Shown here: piece after piece, positions 13,393 to 25,432 of the stretch
Numbering within the stretch: the first letter of the stretch is position 1
How the letters are laid out: every line of letters begins with the position of its first letter
Origin: Basidiobolus meristosporus CBS 931.73
Taxonomy: Eukaryota > Fungi > Basidiobolomycota
Assembly (NCBI GenBank): GCA_002104905.1
Contig: MCFE01000174.1
Coordinates: 1-64,000, forward strand
Direction of reading: 5' to 3'
Length of the DNA stretch: 64,000 nt
Translations under genes and position numbers: made by a program
The notes under the pieces: generated by a model
Seen by the model: only the letters and a program-made list of their open reading frames with translations
What the model was told of the DNA's origin: nothing
The model's database searches: none

Positions 13393-13789
13393 ACCGGTAA
13401 TGTATCCAAGTCAGTCAGTAGTCCGGAGAGTGGCAGCAAATTGGAAGATGGAAAACGAAAAATGCAGGAGCATCCACTGTAAAGCATGTATGTTATATGT
13501 AACTTGAGCTTGGCGTTGTAGCATTATATCAACCTGATCGTGGTATTCTCCCTGGCAAACGCAACCTCCGAATAAATCCCCAAAGTGTGCTTTAAACCGA
13601 CGCCACAATTTATTGACAGCATGGTTAACTTAGTGAGGACTAGAAATATTTGATTCCAATGTAGTCTAGATATGAGAATGAAGCATGGACATGGATGAGG
13701 TGCCCAAACAAAACGAATACTCCATTCAAGAGTTCGTTTCCAAGGATGGATGCTATGAAAATGGTGTATGAATAACTAGGAGAAAGCAG

Positions 13790-14124
13790 TTATTTGTGGA
13801 CTTCACCGGTCTCTGGGTCAACCCATTTACGAGCAGGCTTGATGATTTCCGCCACTGTGAAAGATTTTCTTTTGCTTAACGGACGGCAAGCTTCGATACG
13901 AACGACATCGCCCAATTCGCATTTGGACTTTTCATCGTGGACCAGGTAATTTTTGTGCAAAGTGATAATCTGACGACAACGGTTAGGACGTATCTACAGT
14001 CTGGCCGACCAATATGTAAACTTACCTTCTTCACTACTGGGTGAGGTATGTGGCGTGGCACACGAACCTTGACGGTCTTTCTCATGGCGGTTCCAACCAC
14101 CATACCGATGAAATTTTGTCTCAT
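13790..14124 (-). CDS. MRPS17: Mitochondrial ribosomal protein uS17m; 2 exons (14124-14026, 13969-13790)
   Basis: [22 protein letters not shown]...[49 protein letters not shown] is the bacterial-type S17 signature. One GTAAGT...CAG intron. Confidence 0.92.
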
Positions 14125-14587
14125 TGTTCAAAGAAAAAACGCTTCTGAAGTCTGGCAAGAGAATGTAGCCTTGAGCTCAGCTGGAATCAGTTTCAACTTT
14201 CTAATAAATCGAAATTTTTCATGTCTGGAGTCGTGTTTTTCAGGGAATCTTCCTCTGGGATCAATCAGGAGCAGAATCAGTTAAAGTGGGCTTGAAATTC
14301 TATCGCAGTGCGATTTCCATCATTTCCAGGACTGATCGCACATTGGATATTCTATCATTTATTATCCTTTTGTGGCGAATATTATCTCATTGCTCATTTC
14401 TTGGATGATTACTATTCTTCGTATTCAGGAATGTCACATTCATCTGAATGATATAGAATATTATCATTTCACCATAATGATTCAACGTGTTGGGCTCATC
14501 CAATTGCTACTGATTTGGTATTGTGATTAATTTCACAAGATTCTCCTACCAATTCTTCGAAATTGTGCAGATTGAAGATTTTCCGAC

Positions 14588-14902
14588 TCATCCGAGAGAC
14601 CACATATCCACTTCCTTGCCTTTATGAAGATTTACAAGAGTTTGATTTTCTGATCGCGAGTCGATGAACTGATAGGCAGGTGCCATTCTTTCCACCACCA
14701 GTTCTGAGTTTCACTTGGCTCGCAGTCCTGTTTGCCGTTGGTTATGCATCCCAAATCACATGTTTGGTGCCTCAGCTTTCAACCTTTTTCTTTCAAACAA
14801 TACGTAGTGAAATGTTTCAATATGGAAGGTCGAGATATTTAGTAACCGTTTGCTTGAGAATAGAGTCATCCAATGGAGTCCCTAAAGGAGCTGGAGAAGC
14901 AT
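14588..14902 (-). pseudogene. Degenerate protein-kinase fragment
   Basis: One minus frame reads MLLQLL*GLHWM...*FGM...ELVVERMAPAY...GKEVDMWSLG*. DMWSLG is a subdomain-IX hallmark and MLLQLL.GLHW resembles helix E. The frame has stops and no intact HRD/DFG. Confidence 0.35.
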
Positions 14903-15193
14903 ACTAATACTAATGGGGACCATCACTTCCCTGACTTCACTGTTACATAACACTATTTACTTTGGCCCCATGGGGAAGCCAAGGAAATAATACTTCAATT
15001 CATGTTTAGCAGAAGGGGCTTGGAGAGCGCCAGAGAATGTCTAGCTGAGAATGCCCAACTGGTACGCACTATTTTAATTGGTGATTGTTTGACTCCGAAT
15101 GTCACTGGCTGGAAAAACTGGCTCATAAATTATGGCCAGGTGCTTAGCCAAGTAAATGTATTGAGGCACATTTTGGTGAATGCTACTTACCAA

Positions 15194-15540
15194 TGTTGTA
15201 AGAGTTTTGGAGATATTGGAAGTGAATAGGAAATAAGTAGATTATGTGGTTTTCACTTAATGATTTATTGAATGTAAAAGTAGTGGTAATACTTTTGCAT
15301 GGTCTTCGCATAACAAACTTGTAGAATATGTTTAGGAAGGTCCCAAGCACATGTGTGCAAAGTTCGGGGCTGTTTGGAAAACTCTGAGAATTTCCATGTT
15401 CTGGGTACCTGATGTTTTGTTGAAAATATTCCAAATAAATCCCAACAAGGAACTTGGATCATTACCTACAAATCTTGGAGAATACTGACCAAGTGACTAA
15501 GTTAGGTGAATGTTTAGGTGGAATTACAAATCTTACAACA
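15194..15540 (-). mobile_element. Solo LTR of the copia family found at 23.5, 25.4, 34.6 and 35.9 kb
   Basis: TGTTGTAAGA...TCTTACAACA termini, 347 bp, aligns by eye with the other copies. Flanks ACCAA/ATTAA could be a TSD with two C>T changes. Confidence 0.85.
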
Positions 15541-17081
15541 ATTAAGATACCTCTATGCTAGTTAGCAGTTTGCATACAGGTTTGAGGGCTGAAATCTGCT
15601 GGAGAGTAGCTAGAATTATTGACATATCCTGTGTTTCTAATTAATTACCTTTAATATTATTGATTAATCATCCAGTAAGACACTAGACAATTCAATGAAC
15701 TGGTAAAGTCCTGAAAGATATCAACCTTTTCAAATTCACCATACAACCAGTATATTATATAAACCACAGCAAAGGAATCTGCTAGAAATCCTCTGGGTAG
15801 CATATGAAATGAAATATAGTAAATTAACCTGGATATACATTAAAATTACAAGAGGAGAATGTAATATAGTGCGTGGTCTATAAGTTAGTGTTCGGATTTC
15901 ATATTTTGTATATGAAGAAGGCAAAGTGGGCTTTATTTTGTTGTAAGATCATAGGGAGTGCTGGCAACAATTTGGGGAGCTACCAGAATTGTATATAGCG
16001 ACATGCATCAAGAGGATCCCAGGAAGCATTGTGCACGGTTAGGATCTTTTGGACAGGTTTGAAATTTTGGTCATTCACAGGACTTTGTCAAAAGCTCACG
16101 TGGGCAACAGAAAGTAGGTCAAGGTGCAAACTGCGATCCATGAAAAAGTTCCAATATGTTAGAGGTGACCGCTCTATATGCCAACTCATAAACTTGCCTA
16201 AAGAAGGAAAGTTTCATATTCTAGCACATGATTTTCTAAATCCGGTAAACAAGTTGTTTATGGCTGCTCGATTACTGTCACGGCTCTTACAAATCAGAAA
16301 CCTAGACATGGTGGTTCAAAGTAGACTTGTTTCAATTTACTGAGATTGAATTTTCCATCACAAATACTGGCCCCCTAGCTTCTGGAAAGCTTCCTCGCTC
16401 TTTCCCGGGAAATGCTTGCTGAGTAAATAGGCTAACGGCCTGTTTATGACATGCCAGTTACTCCCGGTTCCAATTGCACAGTAACCCCAGGGAATTTCTT
16501 GGGATTTTCGCTATAATTAGGCTTTTTTGTGCCGTAGTGTCTTGTTGCGACTTTGACTGACCATAGACTTCAATGTACGCCTACGAGATCCACTACATGG
16601 AGGTAAGCATTGTGATACACGTACTGCTACACCATGATACAGATGCACGAGAAGTATTTAGGGAATTTTAATCAAGAAACATGGGTGGCTTCCAAATGAC
16701 TGCTGACAAATATGATACAAAGTGGATGGCAAAGGGATTTGTGATATATAGGACGAATGGACCATGTTGGATATGGGTACGTATCACGTGACTCACGAGT
16801 CCATGAATCATTCTAGCGGAAGAAGCCAATTGGGTTGGGACCTATCATGAAACCACTGTGCGAGGGCTTACTGCAGTATTCGAAAGCCTTACAGAATTCA
16901 CACGAACAGCCTAGAATACATCAAAGCATATTGCAATACCAGGGCACCATAGCTATTTGGTGGACACAGTCCAGTGAACGGGATGGGGGAGACCGAAAAC
17001 AGAATGAGGGAGGATGCACAATGAGCCAAACAAAATCCATTGTGTCACCCCTCAACATTTCCAGGTCTTGAGGTGAATGCT

Positions 17082-17690
17082 TTAGAATGGATGGGTTTTT
17101 TGGTGCCTACGCAGATTCGAGAGAACGGAAAACCTTCGCCGACAACCAGCATATTCACATTCGTAAGGTTGCTCTCCGGTGTGGGTGTGCAGATGAGTTC
17201 GAAGCGAGCTCGGGCGTGGGAATCGTTTGTGGCATACGTGGCACACGTGCCGCTTCGAGATATAATTGCGCTGACTGTGAACCAGGTTACTCTCAGGAAT
17301 CGAGGAGTCACTGAGAGTACTGGAGGAGATGGAAGAGCGGCGTTCACTGGACTCACGATGCGACCCGTAAGAAGTGGGGTATCTCTGCTGACATATGGTT
17401 GAGAGCAGTGCGGTGGGGTCAAATGAGCCAGCGATAGTCCTTGTTGCAGGTAAAGATAAAGTGGCGGCGTAGTTGGAATTCATGCATTGCAGGCGCTTGC
17501 TGCTAAGGCTTTCGATAGGGGTCGCTGGCTTAGTCAGTTGGGAATACCAATCCTCTTCGGAAAATAGCTCGCGTATACTTGGGAGTAGAGAGAGAGTCTG
17601 CGGCTTGGGCATTGACACATATGTGGGTGCCACTGCGTATGGATGGGGCCTGAATAAATGCCTCTCACCAGTAATAATCAAGGCAGCCAT
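17082..17690 (-). CDS. C2H2 zinc-finger transcription factor, FlbC-like, paralogue 2 (intronless)
   Basis: [51 protein letters not shown]. First ATG is at 17690 (the ORF track starts at a TTG at 17708), with a TATATAA ~55 nt upstream. Confidence 0.9.
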   Translation of the reverse strand: MAALIITGERHLFRPHPYAVAPTYVSMPKPQTLSLLPSIRELFSEEDWYSQLTKPATPIESLSSKRLQCMNSNYAATLSLPATRTIAGSFDPTALLSTICQQRYPTSYGSHRESSERRSSISSSTLSDSSIPESNLVHSQRNYISKRHVCHVCHKRFPRPSSLRTHLHTHTGEQPYECEYAGCRRRFSVLSNLRRHQKTHPF

Positions 17691-17743
17691 ATTTGCGCGA
17701 TCTTGCAATAATAATCTTGTTGGTGAGGGGTCGTCTTAAGACT

Positions 17744-17751
17744 TATATAAA
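17744..17751 (-). promoter_or_regulatory. Candidate TATA box of zinc-finger paralogue 2
   Basis: Minus strand reads TTTATATAAG about 55 nt upstream of the ATG at 17690. Motif and position only. Confidence 0.4.
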
Positions 17752-19207
17752 TCTCGCCGACCAATAATCGCCAAGGAGCACATGATATTTCCCGTAAGGC
17801 CCCCTTGAGAATGGGGTGTAACCTTAAACTTCTCTGAACCCGCAATTAATACATCAATGAAGAGACGAGGTGACTCGCCTGATGCCCGTCTTAACCCTAT
17901 TAAGAATGCAACTCTATCTATCTAGAATCTAAATATAGTAAGTCAGATAGGCCAATCAAATGGGAACAAATGGGCAGACTTTGGTAAGGTTAGGATTGCG
18001 CTGCCATATTTGACTTAGTTGAAGATCCCAGGTGAAACATGAATATAGAAGCCTGGATTAACAAGCTTTGAAAACTGAGCCATTGGGGTTTCATTTCCTA
18101 ATACTGTTACACCTACATATCAGCTGGTACTTATGGATACTCTTTCTGAGTCACGAAGCACCAAGGTAGGGTGTCACGAGCGATGTGGCTACCTGGTCGA
18201 ACGCTCTTCTGATCATGTAGCCCGATGCTCACACAAATTGATCAAGAGGCTGCTTTCGTGGCGCTCTAACCAAATCGGACAGGTCGTTATTGCCAGAGCA
18301 TCAGCCATTATGCCGTTCCATCTGATCGATCATTTAAAACCGCATGCCCATTCTAATGTACCGCGAAGTGGAAATGGGGGTGAATTCGGAATGGATGGGA
18401 CAAGACATGTTTAGGATTAGCGACGCTATTGCGATGTTGATGTGGTGCCCGCTTGGTGGCCATTGATCTCGCAATGAAGACCCGCCTGTCTTTAGCCAAT
18501 ACCTCTGTGCCTGAGCAATTTCTGTTTCATCCATTCTGGCCTAAGCATAGTACTACAATGCAGCGGTGAATCCACAATAAATCCACTTCAGGGAATGCAT
18601 CCTTATCTTTGCCAAGTCGATTCACCTCATTTCCAGTGTCTAGCTACTCAAAAGTTCCAACCAACACTGTACCACCCTCACTGAACGCTGTAGGCTAGCC
18701 ACAAATGTATATTGCTTGACCAACCCATTCATCCCAGAGCGATCTGGACTCTTGAACAGATTTTCATTTGCCAAATATAGTTGAACCGGCTTATTGCATT
18801 TCAAGGAGCGTTGGGAATGCGACTTAGTGGGTGGGCGATTGCTAGCCATGGTGCCAGCTCTGATGGCTGCTGCATATCTCTTATCAGCAGATCAATAATT
18901 GTTTTTAGCATATTTTTGGATTTGCCTGACCAATTCCCCAGTCTTGGGTGGATCTTAGATTGATATGGATTTCATGGATTACCAGGATTTTCATTGGCAA
19001 AGGCTAATTCAAACATATATCCCTCTGAGACCGTATTTCACTTGATCAAGGGAAAGAAATTGATGAAGGGATGGCACACCACTCTATCCTATGCCGAAGC
19101 TAGTATCGTACCACAGATCGGAGAATTTCACTAACCAATTTAAATATAAAGTAGGCCGTTTCCATTTGGAGGCGTCTTTCCCTCTCTCTCAATATACGTT
19201 TCTCAAC

Positions 19208-19864
19208 ATGACCAGCTCTGACAAAATCAGGCGAACGGAGGAGCCCAATTTTCCACCGAGTACGCCTAGTCATGCACCACTAACCATCAGTCTGGGCAAC
19301 CCGGAGTCAAAATCAAGCCCACTGCCCAGCGTACACGAGCTGTTCTCTGGCGAGAGGTGGTTCCAGTCACCACCATCGTCAGCCCCCCATGCTACTTCCA
19401 CTCTCGCTGATGCCAACCCTCAAGTTAGCCCCTCCAAAGTTGACAGATTTGTGAGAAAGGGTGATGCAAAGGGGCTAGGTGGCCTGAAGGAGGAGAGCGA
19501 TGCAGAGATCCCAAGTGTGGGAAGGGAGTCCTTGGCTTTCGCCAGCTCACGGCTGCTTGCTGCTGATCAGCGATACAAGGTGAATTCTCCTGAAGATTCG
19601 CCTGAGATCAACAGTCAATCAGATATGCATATGCAATCCGACCTACCCAACACTGCCTCAATGTTCCTGGGGCAGCCCAACTATGTTTCGAAGAAGCATA
19701 TATGTCATCTTTGCAACAAGAGGTTCCCTAGGCCTAGTTCGCTGAGGGTTCATCTAAATACACATACCGGTGAGAAGCCGTATATCTGCGAATACCCCAA
19801 CTGTAAGCGTAGCTTTTCGGTGCTTTCGAACCTTCGAAGGCATACCAAAACTCATACCCCATGA
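19208..19864 (+). CDS. C2H2 zinc-finger transcription factor, FlbC-like, paralogue 3 (intronless; start 19208 preferred over 19091)
   Basis: [58 protein letters not shown] near 19146 lies between the two ATGs and favours the downstream one. Confidence 0.88.
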   Translation: MTSSDKIRRTEEPNFPPSTPSHAPLTISLGNPESKSSPLPSVHELFSGERWFQSPPSSAPHATSTLADANPQVSPSKVDRFVRKGDAKGLGGLKEESDAEIPSVGRESLAFASSRLLAADQRYKVNSPEDSPEINSQSDMHMQSDLPNTASMFLGQPNYVSKKHICHLCNKRFPRPSSLRVHLNTHTGEKPYICEYPNCKRSFSVLSNLRRHTKTHTP

Positions 19865-20299
19865 CAACATAACCTCATTTTTCCCGCGAGAGACCGTCGG
19901 ATTACTGTCCATCAAGAATAGCCTCTCAGGGGCTCCTTTGGAGTCCCACGCGTTGGCCAACGCGCGAGAACTCGTATGATCCCTGAGGGGGAATTGTACG
20001 GTTGGCTACGGAGCAGCATTCGCCACTTCCGCTTTGTAAGTCCCATTAAACCGTAGTGGCATTACCACCCGTACGGGATGTATGGCATTGTATAAAATAC
20101 TGGATGTTCAATATGAGAAGGATTGGGCCATGTTGCGAATCCCCCGAGATTCCTCAGGCTTGTGTGGATAGGATTGTACAGGAATGAATTGCCAGAATAA
20201 ATTGGATTCAAGAGGTGTCGTGAAACGATAGGAACAGGGCGGGAAACACCAATAATCGAAACCCAACCAACTTGAGATCGAGAAGGCATCCTAAGTGAT

Positions 20300-22850
20300 C
20301 ACGATCACGATCACGACACGGCCACAGCCGCGGTTACACTCAGATAAGCTGTCCGTCGTTCAGATCACGGGGACGTCTATTTCTAACAGGCAGGGTGTCT
20401 GATTTCTCTTGGCACCCTTTGGTCTCATCTGCAAAGGGAATCAATAGCTTACGAAACAAATGGCCGGCCGGATTTGGACTTTAAGTCATTTTATTTCGTA
20501 TCACCGAAACTCCGGTTTTGACCAGACACCAATCCAGTATCCCAACGGATCCAATCAAACGAGCTTCCCTGACTTGCCATCGAGAGGCTGGCCACCAATC
20601 TTGGGGCCAAAGCAAGATACCGATCGGACCAGTTGCTGACCGGTTAATCGCAAGGAGACCCCCGGCTCTAGAGCGTTTCCGTCAGCTCCAGGGCTTCTTC
20701 GCTACCCAGAAAGGACTAATCAGCAAGATCTTGAAAGTGTGGCTTCAGAGCCGAATCCAAGCGCTGCGCTCGAAAACCAAGCCAACCTTGATTGAATCTC
20801 CCAACTGGAATGGGTTTCTCCCGGATCGCAACCATCAGGAAACCACCATCAACGGAGTAGTGAATCGACATGGCCCAATTGAGGAGCGCTGTCAACCAGC
20901 CCCAACAACTAATAAAGCGTAGGAATGCCCATCATTCCACTCAATTCGGACGCTTCGTGGATCCATCTGGGAATCTGCTCGGCCAGGAATCGACGAAACA
21001 GGGATTCTGGCTAGTACTTAAATGGAACCACCACCCTAAATCCTCCAGTGGGCTCGGTGTCTCGCCTTGCGTTGCACAAGGACGATGGTAGCCAAGTGTG
21101 TGCAGTGGTGGTTTTGAACTCAGCCTTGCCAGCGACTAGAGCAGCATTGGGTGGCAGTCAGCATAGGGCGGGCTCTTTTCCGTGCATAGATTGGTTCGGG
21201 ATGGTTTCCATCTCCACAACAAATGAGGGGGCACTCGATTGGCCACTACTTCAGCTGACCACACCGGCGGTGTATTACTTGAGATTGCGCAACAAAGATG
21301 ATTCCCCATCATCTCCAATCTCCACCGGATGCCACTGGGACACTGGGCCTGACTCAGCGTTCCCAGGACAATCCGGGATTTTCCACGGGTGCTGATGGTT
21401 TGGGAGGGGAAAAAGACCGCCATGCAGGCAATTCCAGACCAGTGCCATCCTGGCCGATTCCAGATCACTCCCTCCATCGAGAACCCCCCAAACAGCGCGA
21501 CCACCCGTCGACGGCCTGCTAGGGGGATTCGTACTCCTTCAAGCACCAGGGCGCTAACCATCTTTGAGGCCAATGGGCTCTCATGAAGCGCTTGCGCGGC
21601 TGTAGGGGGCATGCGTATGGCTCTTGTTTCTCGGGATCCTTGCCGGCGTGTATGTGCTGCGCCTGTAGCCCCGGGAACATATCATGAGTCTTCCCTTTCT
21701 CTACACAGTTTTGGGCGAGCAGCCAGTATCACCAATTGCTGTCGGGTGCTGTTAGTGAGGTGGTTTCCTTATTTGGGCTAGCTTGCAGATGCGCCCACCT
21801 GACTGGCTACATCTCACTGTTTCATCTGGGTGCGATTACAGACGGTTGTTGGTGAGGAATTGACGCGATGGGATTCTGGTTGGGGTGGTGTTGCAGCAGA
21901 GTGCGGTTACGTTGTGGAGATAATTACATCAGCTTATGGATGGTTCAGTGATGGAGTCACAGCCTTGTAAACTAGAACTATCTACGATATCTGGCCACAC
22001 TCATGGTGGGGCGGTCACCGTCAGTCCTGCTTTGTAATAGAGTTACCCATCGGGGTATATCACATGAATGACTCTCCTTCGCCATGCGTCCTAGACTTAG
22101 GAGCTGACTTCACACACCGGATTTCCTGCACTCGAACACTCAACATGCTTGGAGCTTTCGGCGACCCCAGATTGGCGGATAGATTCCCGGTGTTTATGAT
22201 GCTTCTAGAATCAATCCAGTACGGGATTGAGGAGGGTATTCTCACTCGTGTCATCTATTTGCTTGCGCAATCCTCCACCACCTGCTGGAGAAATCCAACC
22301 GCATAGATGGCTCAGAAAGGAAATTCTCTGGTAGATCCTGAGGATAGTGGAATCGGGTGCTTGGCGGTAGATTGATGGACCAACGGTATTGCTACTACCG
22401 GTTTGATGCAACCTGGATAATTGGTCGAAGGATGTGTGGTAGACTATTCCAGGGGAATGTTGGTGTGGTTTGGGTACTGTCGTCTAACCCTGAGCGCAAG
22501 AATGCAGTGCAAACACGGATCTCGCAACTCGAATGAATCCCCAGCTGACTGGCTAGATTCGTAGTACGTTTCCAAGAATTAGGTCCGATCCTTCGTCCGG
22601 ATCCAGGCCCACCCAGTGCTCTCTACTCGTACCAACCCCTTGTAATACTTGGGCTCGGGTAAACCTTGTTCACCACATCCACATTGGAGAACGCTTCTCA
22701 CTCCTCGCTTTTTGCTCCAAATCAACGCCGAACGTACCTCTGGCCAGGCCTTGCGCTGGTGGCGCTTCCCTGGGTATTTGCAGAAAAGATCGGAATCTCC
22801 GTAAAATTGGTCGGCAATCCCACCTGCTCCTTGACTACGTACCCCTATAT
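20300..22850 (-). pseudogene. Possible decayed host gene of unknown family
   Basis: GC-rich, CpG-rich stretch with long minus-strand frames broken by isolated stops, e.g. EHWVGLDPDEGSDLILGNVLRI*PVSWGFIRV and ALKPHFQDLAD*SFLGSEEALELTETL*. No family recognised. Confidence 0.2.
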
Positions 22851-23139
22851 TTAGTCAAAGAAAGTCCTGCCTTAAATGGTGATACATCGGTTTTACCCTA
22901 GGGCCCAATCACTGATTTGATCGCTTCGATGTTTCTTCCCTCCCGATCGCAGTGGGCTGCTGGCCTATGGATGCTTGTATACTCTTGGTACATTATTTGA
23001 ATTGCATGTTAAATGCCCTTCATGGCGCAATAATCAGTTTGTACACTAGAGGCTTCGTTCGAGCTACGGTGACATCGCCTATATCACCTTACATAGCATA
23101 AACTCTGCGCCAATGTTGGTGGGAAATGCCTCAAGAGTC

Positions 23140-23500
23140 ATGTCTAGGAGACAACTGCTAAATAGCCACTAAGAAAAAAAATCATGAAAAGACCAGCAGA
23201 ATACTAGCATAACATCAGCTGAATTCCAAGTGTCTCTAAGCTTGAAACTCTCAATATCTCAGGCACTGGCTATTTGGCAGGCCAGCAGACATCTCTTCCA
23301 GGAGGAGACTAGGCCAACTAGTACTCATACAATATTTGGTAATCAGCTACTCCTTACTTCTACCAAAAATTGCAACCAAAATGGGAAGGTAGATAACCAG
23401 CTGAATGCCCGCAGTTTACCAGATGAATTTCAAGTTTGAGACTTCTCATAAGGTAATAAGATAGTGATGATATTGGCTGAAAATTAACATGCTCTTGCAT
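23140..23500. repeat. Dispersed repeat fragment, homologous in the same orientation to ~61790-62150
   Basis: Shared blocks such as CAGGAGGAGACTAGGCCAACTAG vs CAGGAGGAGACTATGCCTACTAG, and TTTGGTAAT. Confidence 0.6.
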
Positions 23501-23506
23501 GCCAAC

Positions 23507-23838
23507 TATTGTAAGAGTCTTAGAGATATTGGAAGTAATTAGGAGAACAAGTAGATTTTGTGGCTTTGACTTAATGATTTATTGAATGTAAAAGTAGTAT
23601 TTGTACTTTTACATAGTCTTGGCATTAAAAACATGTAGAATAGGCTTAGGAAGGTCTCAAGAACATGTGTTCAAGGTTTGGGGCTGTTTGGACAACTTAT
23701 CTAATTTTCATGTTCTGGGTAAATATTCTGAGTAAATCCCAACAAGGAATTAGGTGAGTATTCCCTAGAATTTGAGGGTAATGATCTAAGTGACTAAGTT
23801 AGGTGAATATCTAGGTGGAATTACAAATTCATACAACA
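23507..23838 (-). mobile_element. Copia-family LTR abutting a truncated RT
   Basis: Homologous to 15194-15540; TATTGTAAG...ATACAACA ends; no matching TSD. Confidence 0.8.
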
Positions 23839-25432
23839 GTATGATCAGATCTATAGTTCTGATTAAGCTGGCTGACAACTCCCACTGAATATGAGATATC
23901 TGGACATGTTCTAAGCATGATATACATCACACTGCCAACCATTGATTGATAAGGAAAGTCAGGGGCTTCAGATGGCACTAAGATCTCCTGATTTGGGTGA
24001 GTTTTGACAAGTTAAGGCTTGTCTCCATTGGGATAGCAGCTGGTTTGCAGTTTTCTATTTGGTACTTCTTGAGTATATCTTGAATATACTTGGATTGGTA
24101 TAGGGTGATAGTCTGAGTACTTCTTTCTATGGAGAACTTTATCCCTAAGTAGTAGCTGAGTTCTTCTAGATCAGACATCTTGAACTCCTTAGATAGACTG
24201 GACTTAGTCTCTTCCAATGTTTCAAAGTTAGTGGTAGCTACAATAAGATCATTCACAGATAGAGCTAATAGAACTGGACTTGCTCTATCTGGCTTATAGT
24301 GTACACAATAGTCAGCATTACTCCTTTTGAAACTCAACCATCCCAAATAAGAATCTATCTTGCAATTCCAGGCTCTTTGTGATTGTCTGGGACCATACAG
24401 AGATTTTTTAAGCTTGCAGACCAAATGGGGGTTATCTTGGTCTATAAACCCATCAGGCTGGTTCATATACACATCCCCATCAAGTTCCCCATTCAAGAAT
24501 GCAGTTTTCACAACCATTTGATGTATAATAAACCTATATTTGGCCACAATAGCCAATATCAATATGATGGAATTAAACTTGTCAACCAGTGCAAAGGTCT
24601 CAGTATACTCTAGTCCTTTTGTTTGAGAGTATCCTTTGGCCACAAGTCTTACTTTGTATCATTCAATTGTATCATTAGCCTTGTATTGTGTTTTAAAGAT
24701 CCATCTTCATCCAATTGATTATTAGTTGATTGGTAATTTTGCCATGCTCCAAGTTTGATTTTTGATCAGTGCATGATATTTGTCATGATCACATGACATC
24801 CCTGGTCTCCAATTATCTAGCCAAATCAAGTCAGTGAAGAAATCCCAGTTCCATCTAGAAAGTTCTACTACATTCTAGCAACTTCTTGAAAGCTCCAAGT
24901 CAATGTTACACAATGGAACATTCTATGAAAGCTTCCCATTAGAGTTTATGTAGTCTCATGCCATATATGATAGCTACATGTCACATGACCTAGTCACATG
25001 ATCAGCTGACCCCCAACATATCTCCATGTGATATTTCAGTCTGTTCTTGAGTATGTTCTATCTTGGCACACTCACTGTGCTTCATACCACAACCCCATCA
25101 GTATTAGCTAATATCTCTTGGCATCCATATTGCCAAAAAGTATATATAGTCCTATCCCCCCTTATGTATTCCTCAGTCTGATAAACACAGGTCTTGAATA
25201 AACAGCCTTGCCTTGGAAATCCACCTTGCCTTGTTGATCCACACCTAAGTCCTTTCCTGGTCCTGCCTTACCTAGCCCTACTCTCCTGCCTTGTGTCTAT
25301 TCATAACAATATTCCTCAGTCATTGTGGATCTCCAAAACTTTGTCTGAGAGCTATTTAGGGTCTCTTTCACAACCTGGGGCTCATCAATATGGACTGAAT
25401 AGGCATAGGCTAAGTTTGTACCATCACTGAAA
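23839..25432 (-). mobile_element. Ty1/copia reverse transcriptase fragment, degenerate, interrupted by a solo LTR
   Basis: DEPQVVKETLNS...FWRSTMTEEY (25430-25309) joins across the insertion to YHALIKNQTW...RLVAKGYSQTKGLEYTETFA...VKTAFLNGELD...LKKSLYG...PYQSMVGSVMYIM. Confidence 0.92.
24781..25308. mobile_element. Solo LTR (528 bp, second family) inserted in the copia RT
   Basis: TGTCATGA...TCATAACA termini and a perfect 5-bp TSD ATATT (24776-24780 and 25309-25313). Removing it restores the RT frame. Confidence 0.88.

Noticed and set aside
15183-15462. Recurrent 60-80-aa ORFs in copia LTRs (also 34599-34844 and 35881-36075)
   Set aside because: Similarity simply reflects LTR copies; starts and stops differ between copies.
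16322-16332. AGACTTGTTTC resembling the Harbinger-family TIR
   Set aside because: Single 11-mer with no partner TIR, TSD or TGCC array.
19091-19207. Upstream ATG extension of zinc-finger paralogue 3
   Set aside because: The extension spans a TATAAA-like box and pyrimidine-rich leader and has no counterpart in the paralogues. It cannot be excluded without TSS data.
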